DNA of 64,000 nt, taken from positions 4,278,001 to 4,342,000 of the forward strand of contig JAWMAR010000186.1 in assembly GCA_036785375.1 (NCBI GenBank). The letters are read 5' to 3'. The position numbers were made by a program, and so were the translations under genes. The notes below the pieces were generated by a model. It searched no databases. It was not told the DNA's origin and was given only the letters and a program-made list of their open reading frames with translations. Positions 40,363-52,929 of this stretch are shown piece by piece. The first letter of the stretch is position 1; each line of letters starts with the position of its first letter. Source of the stretch: Leucoraja ocellata (taxonomy: Eukaryota).

Positions 40363-40609
40363 GAAACATAGAAACATAGAAATTAGGTGCAGGAGTAGGC
40401 CATTCGGCCCTTCGAGCCTGCACCGCCATTCAATATGATCATGGCTGATCATCCAACTCAGTATCCCGTACCTGCCTTCTCTCCATACCCTCTGATCCCC
40501 TTAGCCACAAGGGCCACATCTAACTCCCTCTTAAATATAGCCAATGAACTGGCCTCGACTACCCTCTGCGGCAGAGAGTTCCAGAGATTCACCACTCTCT
40601 GTGTGAAAA
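40363..40609 (-). mobile_element. CR1 family A 3' end, young
   Basis: Near-exact reverse complement of 13603-13826, plus a (tttctatg)n tail. Confidence 0.95.
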
Positions 40610-41384
40610 ATGGTATAATCAATGGTATATGACCATGTTTCTGCTCTTTAAATCAAACTGTTTATGATCTAGCTGTTTCTTAGCTGAGGGAAAATAGTGA
40701 GGAATTTAGCTTTTATTCAGAAATCTGTATTATGTTGTTCCAATGAGTGGAAAGAACAGAATCAGTCAAGGCTTTCAGAAAGAAATTGGATAGACACTTG
40801 AAAGAAATGTATTTGCGGGAGGATGACAGGAATGGTACTGATGGGATTGCTCTACCAGTAGCTGGCATAGACTGAATGGGCCAAATAGCCTCTTGTGTGC
40901 AACAATCCTAATGATTTGATGAGTTAGATAAGCTTTTGTCATTTTACTGTGCTGTATGAAGCTGCTTCCCTTGGCAACTGAATGGTATCTTGCTGCCAGG
41001 AAGAAAAAAATCACCCAAAAGTACACAGTGCGATAGTGACAGCACACTAAAACTGTAATAATCTGCCACTCACATCTGCCAACCACCAATGCTGAAGATA
41101 TCTGTAGCCACTTTTTCCCAAGCATGTCATTTATTTTGTGTTGATTTGGTGATCTCACTTTCGTGTGGATTTAATGTTATTGGCAACACAAATGCAATGA
41201 TAAAAAAGATTTGCACCATACCCTCAAAATCCGGTCAATGAAGCGTTGAGTGTTCCGGAATTATTTTGAATTTATTATTTGCAATATGCACTTTCAAATA
41301 TGATTGTAGTTTTCTTTACTTACATCATTTGCACACGATAGTACAGCAGGATTTAGATATTTGGGATTAGCATTGTGATTAGAA

Positions 41385-42008
41385 TTATAGACACAACATG
41401 GAAGGTCTAAGCAACCATCACTACCCCTTCACGCTAGTTCTATGTTATCCAACACCCTATGCACAGGGGCAATTTACCAATGCCAATTAACCTTGGGATG
41501 TGGGAGGAAATTGAAACACCCTGAAGAAACACACACAGTCACAGGAAGAAGTGCAAACTCCATACAGCCAGCACCGGAGGTCAGGATTGAATCCAGGTCT
41601 CTGGCGCTGTGAGACAGCAGCTCTCCCAGCTGCTCCACTCTCCTGCCCTGTGTCTTGATCTTTGAGTGCTTATGGGCCATTCGCAGTAGCGCAGCTGCTA
41701 GAGCTGCTGGCCTATAGTGCTGGGGGCCCAGGTTCAATTCTGACCTCTGGTGCTGTCTGTGTGGAGTTTGCACATGTTCCCTGTGATCACCTGGTTTTCC
41801 TCGGGGTGCTCCGGTTTTCTTCCACATCCTAAAAACATGCGGGTTTGTAGAATAATTGGCCTGTGTAAATTGTCCCTGGTGTGTAGGGAATGGTTGCAAA
41901 AGTGGGATATCATAGAACTAGTTTTGAATGGGTAATTGATGATTGGCTTAGACTCGTTGGGCCGAAAGGCCAGTTTCCATGTTGTATCTTTCAACCAATT
42001 CAATCAAT
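41385..42008. mobile_element. Head-to-head pair of HE1/V-SINE-like SINEs (minus about 41385-41648, plus about 41682-42008)
   Basis: Two tRNA-like heads facing outward about 35 bp apart. The plus copy has the V-domain 'ttttcctcggggtgctccggttttcttccacatcc'. Confidence 0.8.
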
Positions 42009-43311
42009 CAGATCTGATGTTATTCCTGTGCAAGAGAATTGCCTCACCACCCCTTACCGCAATCATTCCTTCCATTCATGATTTTATCCAGCTTCCCCTT
42101 AAATGCTATTCCTCTCAAATAATCTTTGTGGCAGTCTTTGCCTAAAAAACTTTTTCCCATACACGATCATACTTTTTGCCTAAAATATCGTGATGAATTG
42201 GAATTAAAATTGATGTACAGTATATTTTAACAGTGTCTTTTGACATCTGGAGCCTATAAGAGGAGCTGGTATTTGTCAGTTGCTTGTGTTAATGGAGCAA
42301 TACAAATATTTAATCAACTGTTACATAAGGGAGGAATGTTTATATGTATAATGATGTGACGTTAATTGGAAAATTAGAAGCACAGTTGAAATTTAGGTCA
42401 TTAAATATTAATGAAAATGATCAAATGTTACTTCAAGTTCCTTGGATTTTTGACTGATAGAGGCAGAAGAATCTGCAGATGCTGGAATCTTGTGCAGAAA
42501 ACAATTTCCGGAAGAAATCAGTGGGTCAGCCAACATCTATGAAGGCAAATGGACAGACAACATTTTGGTTCAGAATCTGAATAAGGGTACTGATTCAAAA
42601 TGTTTTCTGATCATTGCCTTCTACAGATGTTGCCTGACCCACTGGGTTCTTCAAGCAGCTTGCTTTCTTCATTTTTTAATGATAAACTCTTGTCATGGAG
42701 TTTATAGAATCAGACAGTGTGGAAACGGGTCCTTTGACCCAACTTGTCCACTCCGACCAACATGTCCCATCAACTAGCTCCACTTGCCTGTGATTGGCCC
42801 ATATCCCTCTAAACCTAACCTATCCATGTACCTATCCAAATGTCTTTTGAACAGTTACTAATTATGAAGAGTATTTCATTGACTGTAAAACCAAATGTGG
42901 ATGTCCTGAAAAGAATATGAAAGACATTACAGAAACGCGTCTTTCTATTATCAATCTCAAGCTTGTGACGTTCTATTTTCACATGTTTGAACGTCTGATT
43001 TTAAATTGTATTTTGGGGAATGATTCCTCTGCAATAACATAATGCCATATTGTGTGTTCAACCTAAGAACTCGCTGAAACTGCAGCAATTATGGTACAAA
43101 TTGATCAGACTTTTGTTCTGTAACACGCATAAAATGTTCTTTACTCATTAAAAATAAGAATGCAGAAATTAAAATTAATCTTTTCCAATTAATTATCAAT
43201 GGCATGAAATCAACTGGGACCTTTTCCTGGAGGCTCCACACAACTCAGCAGGGCCCTCAGCAAATTGTCTTTGGCTTTGGACTACGTTAGTGTGGAGTTC
43301 CTGGGAGAGTC

Positions 43312-43677
43312 AGCATTGGACAAAGTCAGCATGGATTTATGAAAGGTAAATCATGTCTGACGAATCTTATAGAATCAGGGAGGAACCAGGGGCCACAGTT
43401 TAAGAATAAGGGGTGAGCCATCTAGAACGAAGATGAGGAAATACATTTTCAGAGAGTTGTGAATCTGTGGAATTGTCTGCCTCAGAGGGCGGTGGAGGCA
43501 AATTCTCTGGTGGCTTTCAAGAGAGAGATAGATAGAGCACTTAAAGATAGCAGAATCAAGGGATATGGGGAGAAGGCAGGAACGGGGTAGTGATTGTGGA
43601 TGATCAACCATGATCACAGTGAATGGCGGTGCTTGATCGAAGGGCCGAATGGCCTACTCCTGCACCTATTGTCTATT
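43312..43677 (+). mobile_element. CR1 fragment with a large internal deletion
   Basis: 'QSQHGFMKGKSCLTNLIE' joined directly to 'TRGHSLRIRG' and the 3' tail. Confidence 0.88.
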
Positions 43678-43749
43678 TCATGAAATATATATCTTTTGAG
43701 GGTTATTTTACTGCTTGTGTATTAGAAAAATTCTAAGCTTCTGTTATGT

Positions 43750-44287
43750 AAACTACCAGCGGAAAGCTTGAGAATCACTTTCAATGTATTGAAAATGCTG
43801 CAGTTTCAGGGGCTTTGCCGGGAGCGTTGCTCATGGACCCCACCGGGGGCCTAGCCAGTCACCTAGACCCCCAGCCAATACTTCCTACTTTTTTTCTGGA
43901 GGTGAATATCATGCTTAGTCCACATTGCTTAAAAAATTTGGGTCTACAGTATGGTTTAAAAAAAAATATATATATATTAATAATATAGTGCAATTCAATA
44001 CAAAATAATAGTTAAAATAAAAAAATTAAAGGTTATTAAAGTATCATGTAGGCTAGCCGTAAACAAAAAACCTTTCAAATTAAGGACATTCTAAATACAT
44101 TTAATATAAAATAATTATAAATAATATTAACATTTATTTATGACAGAAATTAAAATTTGTGGTGATCTGTCGTGGAACAACCCAATTGAAGAAGATAACA
44201 GTGGTTACCCAGACCTCATTGTTGGTTGTGAAGGGGCCCCCATAACAGTTCAAGCTTCAGGGCCCCAAACATGTAGGTTCGCCACTG
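43750..44287. mobile_element. Probable hAT-type MITE remnant
   Basis: The right end reads CAGTGGCGAACC on the reverse strand, with gggcccc subterminal repeats. The left end is unclear. Confidence 0.4.
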
Positions 44288-44861
44288 GGACCAGGTGTGA
44301 TGCTCATTCATTTGAAAATGCTTTCTTCATGAAAAAAGTTTGGAATATGCACATGTGTAGAAAACTAAGTAAATCTTAAAACAATGAATTAAAGGACATT
44401 TGCTTGTAGTCTACAAGTTATTTTGCTTGCTCAATGAAGTCAGCACTGAGATTTTCTGTTTCATACAGCACTCCAGAGAATTAGGCTGAGACTGCATGTG
44501 TATTGAGGGAGTACTGCAGTTGGAGGTGCTGTCCTTTGATGTAATATTAAACCAGGGTTCCATCTGCTTTCTTGTGGTGCAATTTTGACGATGTTCAGGG
44601 GAATTAACCTTTTCTCCCAGCCAATATTTATCCTTTAAAGAAAATTTACATCAGTCCTTTAACTAATTGCTGCTTAGTTGTGACATACTTTGGACTGATT
44701 CTAGTGGGTTACCAGTGGTTTCCAATCCTTAGACTGTACGGCCACTCCTGGAAGAGTTCACCCCTAGGTTGAGCAGCATCTGCGGAGGCAAAGAGATGGT
44801 CGATATTTTGGTCACGACCCTGCATCAGGACTGAGAGAGTAAAGGGGAGAGAGTCAATATT

Positions 44862-45931
44862 TAAACAAACCCACTGACTCACATGGCTATCTGGATTACA
44901 CGTCTTCCCACACTGCCCCCTGTAAAGACTCCATCCCCTACTCCCAATTCCTCCGCCTACGCCGCATCTGTTCCCAGGATGAGCCGTTCCACACCAGGGC
45001 ATTGGAAATGTCCTCGTTCTCCACCATAGATGAGGCTCGCACCAGGGTCTCATCCATACCCCGCAACACTGCTCTCTCTCCCCATCCCCGCACTCGCAAC
45101 AAGGGCAGAGTCCCCCTAGTCCTCACCTTTCACCCCACCAGCCGGCAAATACAACAAATAATCCTCCGCCATTTCCGCCACCTCCAACGTGACCCCACCA
45201 CTCGCCACATCTTCCCATCTCCCCCTATGTCTGCCTTCCGCAAAGACCGCTCCCTCCGCAACTCCCTTGTCAATTCTTCCCTTCCCTCCCGTACCACCCC
45301 TCCCCGGGCACTTTCCGTTGCAACCGCAAGAAATGCAACACCTGTCCCTTCACCTCCCCCCTCGACTCCATTCAAGGACCCAAGCAGTCGTTCCAGGTGT
45401 GACAAAGGTTCACCTGTATCTCTTCCAACCTCATCTACTGCATCCGCTGCTCTAGATGTCAGCTGATTGATATCGGTGAGACTAAGCGGAGGTTGGGCGA
45501 TCGTTTCACCGAACACCTCCGCTCAGTCCGCAATAACCTACCTGAACTCCCGGTGGCTCAGCACTTCAACTCCCCCTCCCATTCCCAATCCGACCTCTCT
45601 GTCCTGGGTCTCCTCCATTGCCAGAGTGAGCAACACTGTAAATTGGAGGAACAGCACCTCATATTCCGCCTGGGTTGCTTGCGTCCGGATGGCATGAACG
45701 TTGAATTCTCCCAGTTTTGCTAGCCCTTGCTGTCTCCTCCCCTTCCTTAACCCTCGAGCTGTCTCCTCCCATCCCCCCGCCCTCGGGCTCCTCCTCCTCC
45801 CTTTTTCCTTCCTTCTCCCCCCCATCCTCCATCAGTCTGAAGAAGGGTTTCGGCCCGAAACGTCGCCTATTTCCTTCGCTCCATAGATGCTGCTGCACCT
45901 GCTGAGTTTCTCCAGCAATTTTGTGTACCAC
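44862..45931 (+). mobile_element. Penelope-like element (Neptune-type), 5'-truncated: RT thumb, Cys linker, GIY-YIG endonuclease, 3' pLTR
   Basis: Translates KPTDSHGYLDYTSSH..KDSIPYSQFLRLRRICS, VPLVLTFHP, CNRKKCNTCP, NLIYCIRCSRCQLIDIGETKRRLGDRFTEH and KLEEQHLIFRLG, with frameshifts and a stop. CAATATT is duplicated at 44855-44861 and 45932-45938. Confidence 0.93.
45830..45875 (+). ncRNA. Minimal hammerhead ribozyme-like motif in the Penelope 3' region
   Basis: CUGAAGA (45837-45843), extra A, stem II GGGU-[UUCG]-GCCC, GAAA (45857-45860), C-GUC with palindromic ACGU in place of stem III. Stem I pairing is weak (about 2 bp). Confidence 0.6.
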
Positions 45932-46321
45932 CAATATTAAAGAAGTGAGGGGGAGAGGTGAGGCAGGAGCTCACCACATCTCCCACTTACCTCTGCTAGC
46001 CTCTTCATACTGGCTCTCTCCCCTTTATTCTCTCAGTCCTGATGCAGGGTCTTGACCTAAAATATCAACCATCTCTTTGCCTCCACAGATTTTGCTCAGC
46101 CCACTGAGTTCCTCCAGCAGCTTGTTGTTTGGTTAGGGTCAGCTAAGACTTTATTGATGGGCTGAATAGGCCCCTGGAGCCATTTGGGCACATCCATTAC
46201 TTTTTCTTCCGTTTTTTTCTGGGAGTGGTCTTGGGTGATTCAGTACAATTGTAGAATTATTGAATTTCCTAGATTATAGAATTTATTTCTTATGCAAGAG
46301 TGCTGCAATGGTGTCCCCTAT

Positions 46322-46337
46322 CCACAAGAGGGCACTA
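46322..46337 (+). promoter_or_regulatory. Candidate CTCF site
   Basis: CCACAAGAGGGCACTA closely matches CCASYAGRKGGCRSYA and lies in non-repetitive sequence. Motif match only. Confidence 0.45.
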
Positions 46338-46475
46338 TACTCCCCAAACTGAAAGTAATTGAAGAACATTCCTTGTTTTGTTGGCTAGGTGTTGATTAAA
46401 TGGACATTATTTAAATTGATACCCGTGTTTCAGGAAAGTGGTTGTGGATTATTTATAAGGTAAGCGTCATTTGGA

Positions 46476-47459
46476 ATCATGAGAGGAATAGAACGGGTAA
46501 ACGTACAGTCTTTTGCCCAGAGTAGGGGAGTTGAGAACCAGAGTTGATGGGTTTAAGGTGAGAGGGGAAAGATTTATTAAGACTCGAGGGTAACTTTTTT
46601 ATACAAAGGGTGATGGGTATACGGAACGAGCTGCCAAATGAGGTAGTTGCCGCAGGTACTATCGTAACATTTAAGAAACATTTGGACAGGTACATGGATA
46701 GGATAGGTTTAGAAGTTTGAGTATAGAACAATAGTATTGAGTATAGAAGTTGGAATGTAATGTAAAAATTGTACAAGGCATTGGTGAGGCCAATTCTGGA
46801 GTATGGTGTCCAATTTTGGTCGCCTAATTATAGGAAGGATGTCAACAAAATAGAGAGAGTACAGAGGAGATGTACTAGAATGTTGCCTGGGTTTCAGCAA
46901 CTAAGTTACAGAGAAAGGTTGAACAAGTTATGGCTTTATTCTTTGGAGCGCAGAAGGTTAAGGGGGGACTTGATAGAGGTTTTTAAAATGATGAGAGGGA
47001 TAGACAGAGTTGACGTGGAAAAGCTTTTCCCACTGAGAATAGGGAAGATTCAAACAAGGGGACATGACATGAGAATTAAGGGACTGAAGTTTAGGGGTAA
47101 CATGAGGGGGAACTTCTTTACTCAGAGAGTGGTAGCTGTGTGGAATGAGCTTCCAGTGAAGGTGGTGGAGGCAGGTTCGTTTTTATCATTTAAAAATAAA
47201 TTGGATAGTTATATGGATGGGAAGGGAATGGAGGGTTATGGTCTGAGCGCAGGTATATGGGACTAGGGGAGATTATGTGTTCGGCACGGACTAGAAGGGT
47301 CGAGATGGCCTGTTTCCGTGCTGTAATTGTTATATGGTTATATGGTTAGAAGGATATGGGGCAAATGTGGGCAGGTGGGACTAGTGTAGAAGGGGCATGT
47401 TGGTCGGCGTAGGGAAATTGGGCCGAAGGGCCTGTTTTCACGCTGTATGACTCTATGAT
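46476..47459 (+). mobile_element. CR1 3' fragment hosting a nested young CR1 (family D, 46716-47345)
   Basis: ORF 46769-47266 is an intact CR1 C-terminus with a (ggttatat)n tail. TTAGAAG is duplicated at 46709-46715 and 47346-47352. The host tail resumes and ends tatgactctatga. Confidence 0.93.
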
Positions 47460-48027
47460 ACCTTCCTACTGTGAGAAGTGGCACTGAGATACAGGAACTA
47501 GTTCATGATTTCCAGTTTCATCCTGAACCTTTATTTTCAGAGTTGTGCAGCAGGAACCTTGGCAGAGGACTTACAGATGAACCTGGCACTACAGAGATTA
47601 CTTTCTTGTCTAAGTAGGGGTTTCAAGTAAATCTCTTATCACATTTCTAAGCGCGTGATCTTTAATTCTCTCCCACCCGCCACTTATGTTCCCAGGTCAA
47701 GTTGGGTGAGTTTATTGTCACATGCATGAGTACATTGAGGGACAGTTACAATGAAAAATTCTGCTTGAAGCAGCATCACAAACACATCGACATAGCCAGA
47801 CACACAAAAGCAAATTATACACAACTTACTCAAAATTTCTAAAAGAATGAAAACTGTGTAAAAAATCAAGACATTAGTTCAAAAACAAAATTAGACAAGT
47901 CCACAGTAGATGGTCAGTTGGTGCATGATGTCCAAACTCTACCATATCTCCCCAAACCTGACCCACTCTGAAATACATTTTGTTGTTGTAATATTCATTG
48001 AAGGGATATGGGTTTTACAGGTTCAGT

Positions 48028-48520
48028 CAGCATTTAATCGCCCATCTTTATTGCCCTTGAAGGTACCAGTCTTCTCGAACCACTCTTGTCCTTGAAGTGT
48101 GAGTATACCCATATTGCTGTTAGAGAGAGATTTCCAGGATATTGGCAGTGAATGAGCAGCGATATATTCCCAAATCAGCGATGTATTCCCAATTATTGGT
48201 GCATGGTTTGGAGGGAAACCTTGCAAGTACTGGTGTTCCAACACTTTTGCCACCCTTGTCCTTCTAGCTGGTAGAGGTTGTGGATTCGGAAGACGTTTAC
48301 TAAGGAATCTTGGTGAGTTGCTGCAGTGTATCCTGTAGATAGTACAGTGTTGCTACTGTGTGTTGGTGGTTGAGTGAGTGAATGCTTGTGGATGGGGTAC
48401 CTACCAAGTGGCCAGTAGTGTCCTGTGTAGTGTCGAGCATCTTGAGTGTTTTTGAAGCTACTTTCATCCAGGTAAGCGGAGAGTATTCCATCGTACTCCG
48501 GACTTGAGCCTTGTGGATGG
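48028..48520 (-). mobile_element. Old CR1/L2-clade LINE 3' fragment (related piece at about 9480-9610)
   Basis: 'MEYSPLTWMKVASKTLKMLDTTQD' is an RT C-terminal remnant. Shares 'ggagARtattccatc' with 9571-9585. Confidence 0.6.
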
Positions 48521-48954
48521 TAAACGGGATTTATTTTGCCATCATGCCAATTTGGGCACAAAGTGTGGCATCCTTGCTTATTGTTACTGTAGTACATTAA
48601 AAGCCAACCTGCACTGTTAAGCAGGCTGCTTCCTCATTCACAAACTTATTCATGGAAAGATGGTCAATGCTATTTAAGAGCTCTCTCCACAGCAGCCACA
48701 GGTCCTAGATAATTCTGGGCAGCGGCAACCTCCGGACATCAATCACCTGATGATGTCAATGCACTTTTGCTGCAATCTGTGTATAATAACTGGAGAAATA
48801 TATAAAAGGTAAAACTGATGTCCAGTTGGAGACACTTTTAATCATGTATGATTTAAGACTTTTTTGTCAATACCTTGCTTTATTGAAAGTTGAAAACATA
48901 GTGATTGGTCATGAATAATTCTGATAAAAGGCGCCGCGCATTTGTTGGCGTCAC

Positions 48955-49056
48955 CACAAGCATACACTGATCATATCACGTGCATGCACTGACCACATCA
49001 CATGCATGTAATGACCACATCACATGCATGTAATGACCACATCACAAGCATGTAAT
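48955..49056. repeat. 22-bp tandem repeat, about 4.5 copies
   Basis: Unit tgaccacatcacatgcatgtaa. Confidence 0.9.
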
Positions 49057-51225
49057 CTATGGGGTAAATGAAACATACATCAGAGTGAATCATGACGGGA
49101 ATCATGACCTATTTTCCTGATAGATAGCACTTCAACAAACAATGGGTGCACAGTTAATAATAGGTGCAAAATATTTTAATGTGTAAATTACATATAAAAG
49201 ACCAACATAAGAAGCTCCATTTACTTTGTCTGTAATTTCTCTTGTGAAGTAGGAAATGCAGCTTTACATTTTGGGCACAGCAAGCTCCCATACACAACAT
49301 TGTGATAGCCATCTTTATTCATGAAGCTGGTTCAGAGATAAATATTGGTCTGGATACAAATAATAACTTCCCTGTCCCCTTCAAAGTGTGCCATGTGAGC
49401 TTCTCTATATCCACAGGTGTGATCATATCCAGCTAAATGTCTCCTCCAAATCATAGCATGTCTGATTCCCTGTTGGATTTTCAAGTCCCCATCTGAGAAC
49501 CAAATGTTTGGGTCCCAATGGAACTTGAACCCAGAACTCTGTGGCTTATGGACAAGAGACTGTAACCAACTGAGTAATGACCAACATTGTCTAAAGAATT
49601 ATGGACAGTGTGCACTTAATTATCCCACCACTGAAGAACGAATGCAGAGATCTTGATTTCACTAAACCAATTACAAGAACATGGATATTTCATTTAATCC
49701 CTGGGCAATGATAGAAACTAGTAGAAGGCCACACTTTTTTTCTGGGGTGCATTGTGATCCTTTGGTGCTTGAAATTCAAGTATTGAATGAAATTCTTGAT
49801 GAGGCCTAAGATTGTAACACTAATACAATAATAAGATTGTAGCACTATATACTAATACAGTTACTGATGCTCGCATTATGGTTTTACTTCATTCTTCGTA
49901 CTTTTCATTATAATGGGGATTCTTTTTAACATTAGTTTCATTCAGCTTTCATCCACCATGAAGCATAACCAACTTTGCTCACCGCAATTTATAAACTCTG
50001 GAAGAAAAACGATATGTATTTTTCCTCCTTGTTCTAATTGTTAAGTTTGTATTTTGTCATTTCGTTATGTGCAGTTTATTTTTAGCCATGAACATTATTT
50101 TTTGCATGCTTCTGCTGCCAACCTGTGTTTACTCTCTCAATTCTAAAACGCGTTCTGCGGTGAAAGCTTTAATGATTATTTATAATTGTTTAGTTGTTTT
50201 ATATCTTTAGCTTTTTCAATCTTTAACAATGAGCCCGGTTCTTTGAAGCAGTCCTAGTCATTGTGTTCATTCTTGAATTATATTACTGGTCTGTCAACTG
50301 AAATGAAGGAATCTTTCAAAGATCTGTCAGAAAGGAATATTTTGGAAGGACTTAAGTGCATGATAACAGAGATTTTGGCTCAGGACTGGTCACTTGTCAG
50401 ATTTACAAAGCAGAGATTTAACAATGCTGTTAGATGACAGCTCGGTGATTAAACAAAGGACACTTGCCACTAACCATGCAATGACTCTCGTGGATTTTTG
50501 TCAATTGTAGGATTCTAGTAGGATGCAGTGCTCATTTAATTTACAGTAATGAAGTGTCTGGAAGGAGCACTGAGATTGATAATTCAAGTCTGGAATGGAA
50601 TAGCTATTCAGATAAAAGTTCCTTTTATCCAAATGCCAAATTCAGATTTTAGGTTGGAGGTCATCTGACACTTTTGCTGCCCATGTCACACCTAGTAATG
50701 TTTATCACCGACCACTCTGCTTGGGGACCTGCACAGCTCTCATTCAAGCAAAGGTTCCGTTATACATTTCTCATTCTTGTCTTCAAATTCATCCAGGATC
50801 CTTCAATCTCCAAAATCTTTCTAAGAAGCAATAAGATGTTTTTTCCGTACAATTATGGTAGCTTGATCATTGCAGATTTTAATCAATTCGCCACGATGGT
50901 CACGTCGTCAACTGGCACGACTCTAAACTCTTACAATTCCACATTATTGCTTGACTTATACACTGTTCTGCAAAGTTATGTAACACAGATACTGTTTGTG
51001 AGCCCATATACTACTTCCACTGATACCTTCTTACCTTCTGTAATGGCAACTTTCCGATTCTTCCAATGTCCAACTTTCTGTTGCCATTACTACACAGGTA
51101 ACAGCTCCTCCCTGTCCACTATGCCCATATATATATATACGCCCCTCTGTGCATCTAATGACTGCCCCCAAGTGTCCAAAATAATCCTGCAGGATATATC
51201 TGGCCAAAATAATGTAATATGCCAA

Positions 51226-52320
51226 CATAGAAACATAGAAAATAGGTGCATGAGTAGGCCATTCGGCCCTTCGAGCCTGCACGGCAATTCGATATGATCA
51301 TGGCTGATCATCCAACTCAGTATCCCATCCCTGCCTTCTCTCCATACCCCCTGATCCCTTTAGCCACAAGGGCCACATCTAACTCCCTCTTAAATATAGC
51401 CAATGAACTGGCCTCAACTACCTTCTGTGGCAGAGAATTCCACAGATTCACCACTCTCTCTGTAAAAAATGATTTTCTCATCTCGGTCCTAAAAGACTTC
51501 CCTCTTATCCTTAAACTGTGACCCCTAGTTCTGGACTTCCCCAACATCGGGAACAATCTTCCTGCATCTAGCCTGTCCAACCCCTTAAGAATTTTGTAAG
51601 TTTCTATAAGTTTACCCCTCAATCTTCTAAATTCTAGCGTGTACAAGCCGAGTCTATCCAGTCTTTCTTCATATGAAAGTCCTGACATCCCAGGAATCAG
51701 TCTGGTGAACCTTCTCTGTACTCCCTCTATGGCAAGAATGTCTTTCCTCAGATTAGGAGACCAAAACTGTATGCAATACTCCAGGTGTGGTCTCACCAAG
51801 ACCCAGTACAACTGCAGTAGAACCTCCCTGGTCTTATAGTCAAATCCTTTTGCTATGAATGCTAACACACCATTTGCTTTCTTCACTGCCTGCTGCACCT
51901 GCATTCCTACTTTCAATGACTGGTGTACCATGACACCCAGGTCTCGTTGCATCTCCCCTTTTCCTAATCGGCCACCATTCAGATAATAGCCTACTTTCCT
52001 GTTTTTGCCACCAAAGTGGATAACCTCACATTTATCTACATTATACTGCATCTGCCATGCATTTTCCCACTCACCCAGCCTACCAAGTCACCTTGCAGCC
52101 TCCTAGCATCCTCCTCACAGCTAACACTGCCCCCCAGCTTCGTGTCATCCACAAACTTGGAGATGTTGCATTCAATTCCCTCATCCAGATCATTAATATA
52201 TATTGTAAATAGCTGGGGTCCCAGCACTGAGCCTTGCGGTACCCCTTTAGTCACTGCCTGCCATTCTGAAAAGGACCCGTTTATTCCTACTCTTTGCTTC
52301 CTGTCTGCCAGCCAGTTCTC
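51226..52320 (-). mobile_element. Young CR1 family A, 5'-truncated
   Basis: ORF 51317-52051 plus upstream GVPQGSVLGPQLFTIYINDL and KFVDDT; tail at the left end. Confidence 0.96.
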
Positions 52321-52849
52321 TCCAAATCTGAGGAAAGACATTCTTGCCATAGAGGGAGTACAGAGAAGGTTCACCAGACTGATTCCTGGGATTTCAGGAC
52401 TTTCATATGAAGAAAGACTGGATAGACTCGGCTTGTACTCGCTAGAATTTAGAAAATTGTGGGGGATCTTATAGAAACTTACAAAATTCTTAAGGGTTGG
52501 ACAGGCTAGATGCAGGAAGATTGTTCCCGATGTTGGGGAAGTCCAGAACAAGGGGTCACTGTTGAAGGATAAGGGGGAAATCTTTTACGACCAAGATGAG
52601 AAAAACATTTTTCACACAGAGAGTGGTGAATCTGTGGAATTCTCTGCTGCAGAAGGTAGTTGAGGCCAGTTCATTGGCTATATTTAAGAGGGAGTTAGAT
52701 GTGGCCCTTGTGGCTAAAGGGATCAGGGGGTATGGAGAGAAGACAGGTACAGGATACTGAGTTGGATGATCAGCCATGATCATATTGAATGGCGGTGCAG
52801 GCTCGAAGGGCCGAATGGCCTACTCCACCTATTTTCTATGTTTCTATGT
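52317..52849 (+). mobile_element. Young CR1 family A 3' fragment fused head-to-head with the previous copy
   Basis: SPNLRKDILAIEGVQRRFTRLIPG through to the (tttctatg)n tail. Confidence 0.95.
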
Positions 52850-52929
52850 CATGGATGAGTTGGGCTGAAGGGCCTGTGTCCATGCTCTATGACTCTCCAT
52901 CACCTTCTCTGCAATTTAACTAATATGTT

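Noticed and set aside
47531-47620. Possible cassette exon after ttattttcag
   Set aside because: The donor is weak and there is no copine similarity. The flanking exons already join seamlessly (SSIT|VIAEE).
50674-51297. 207-aa ORF
   Set aside because: It starts at a non-ATG codon, has no recognisable domain or splice context, and runs into an antisense CR1 tail.
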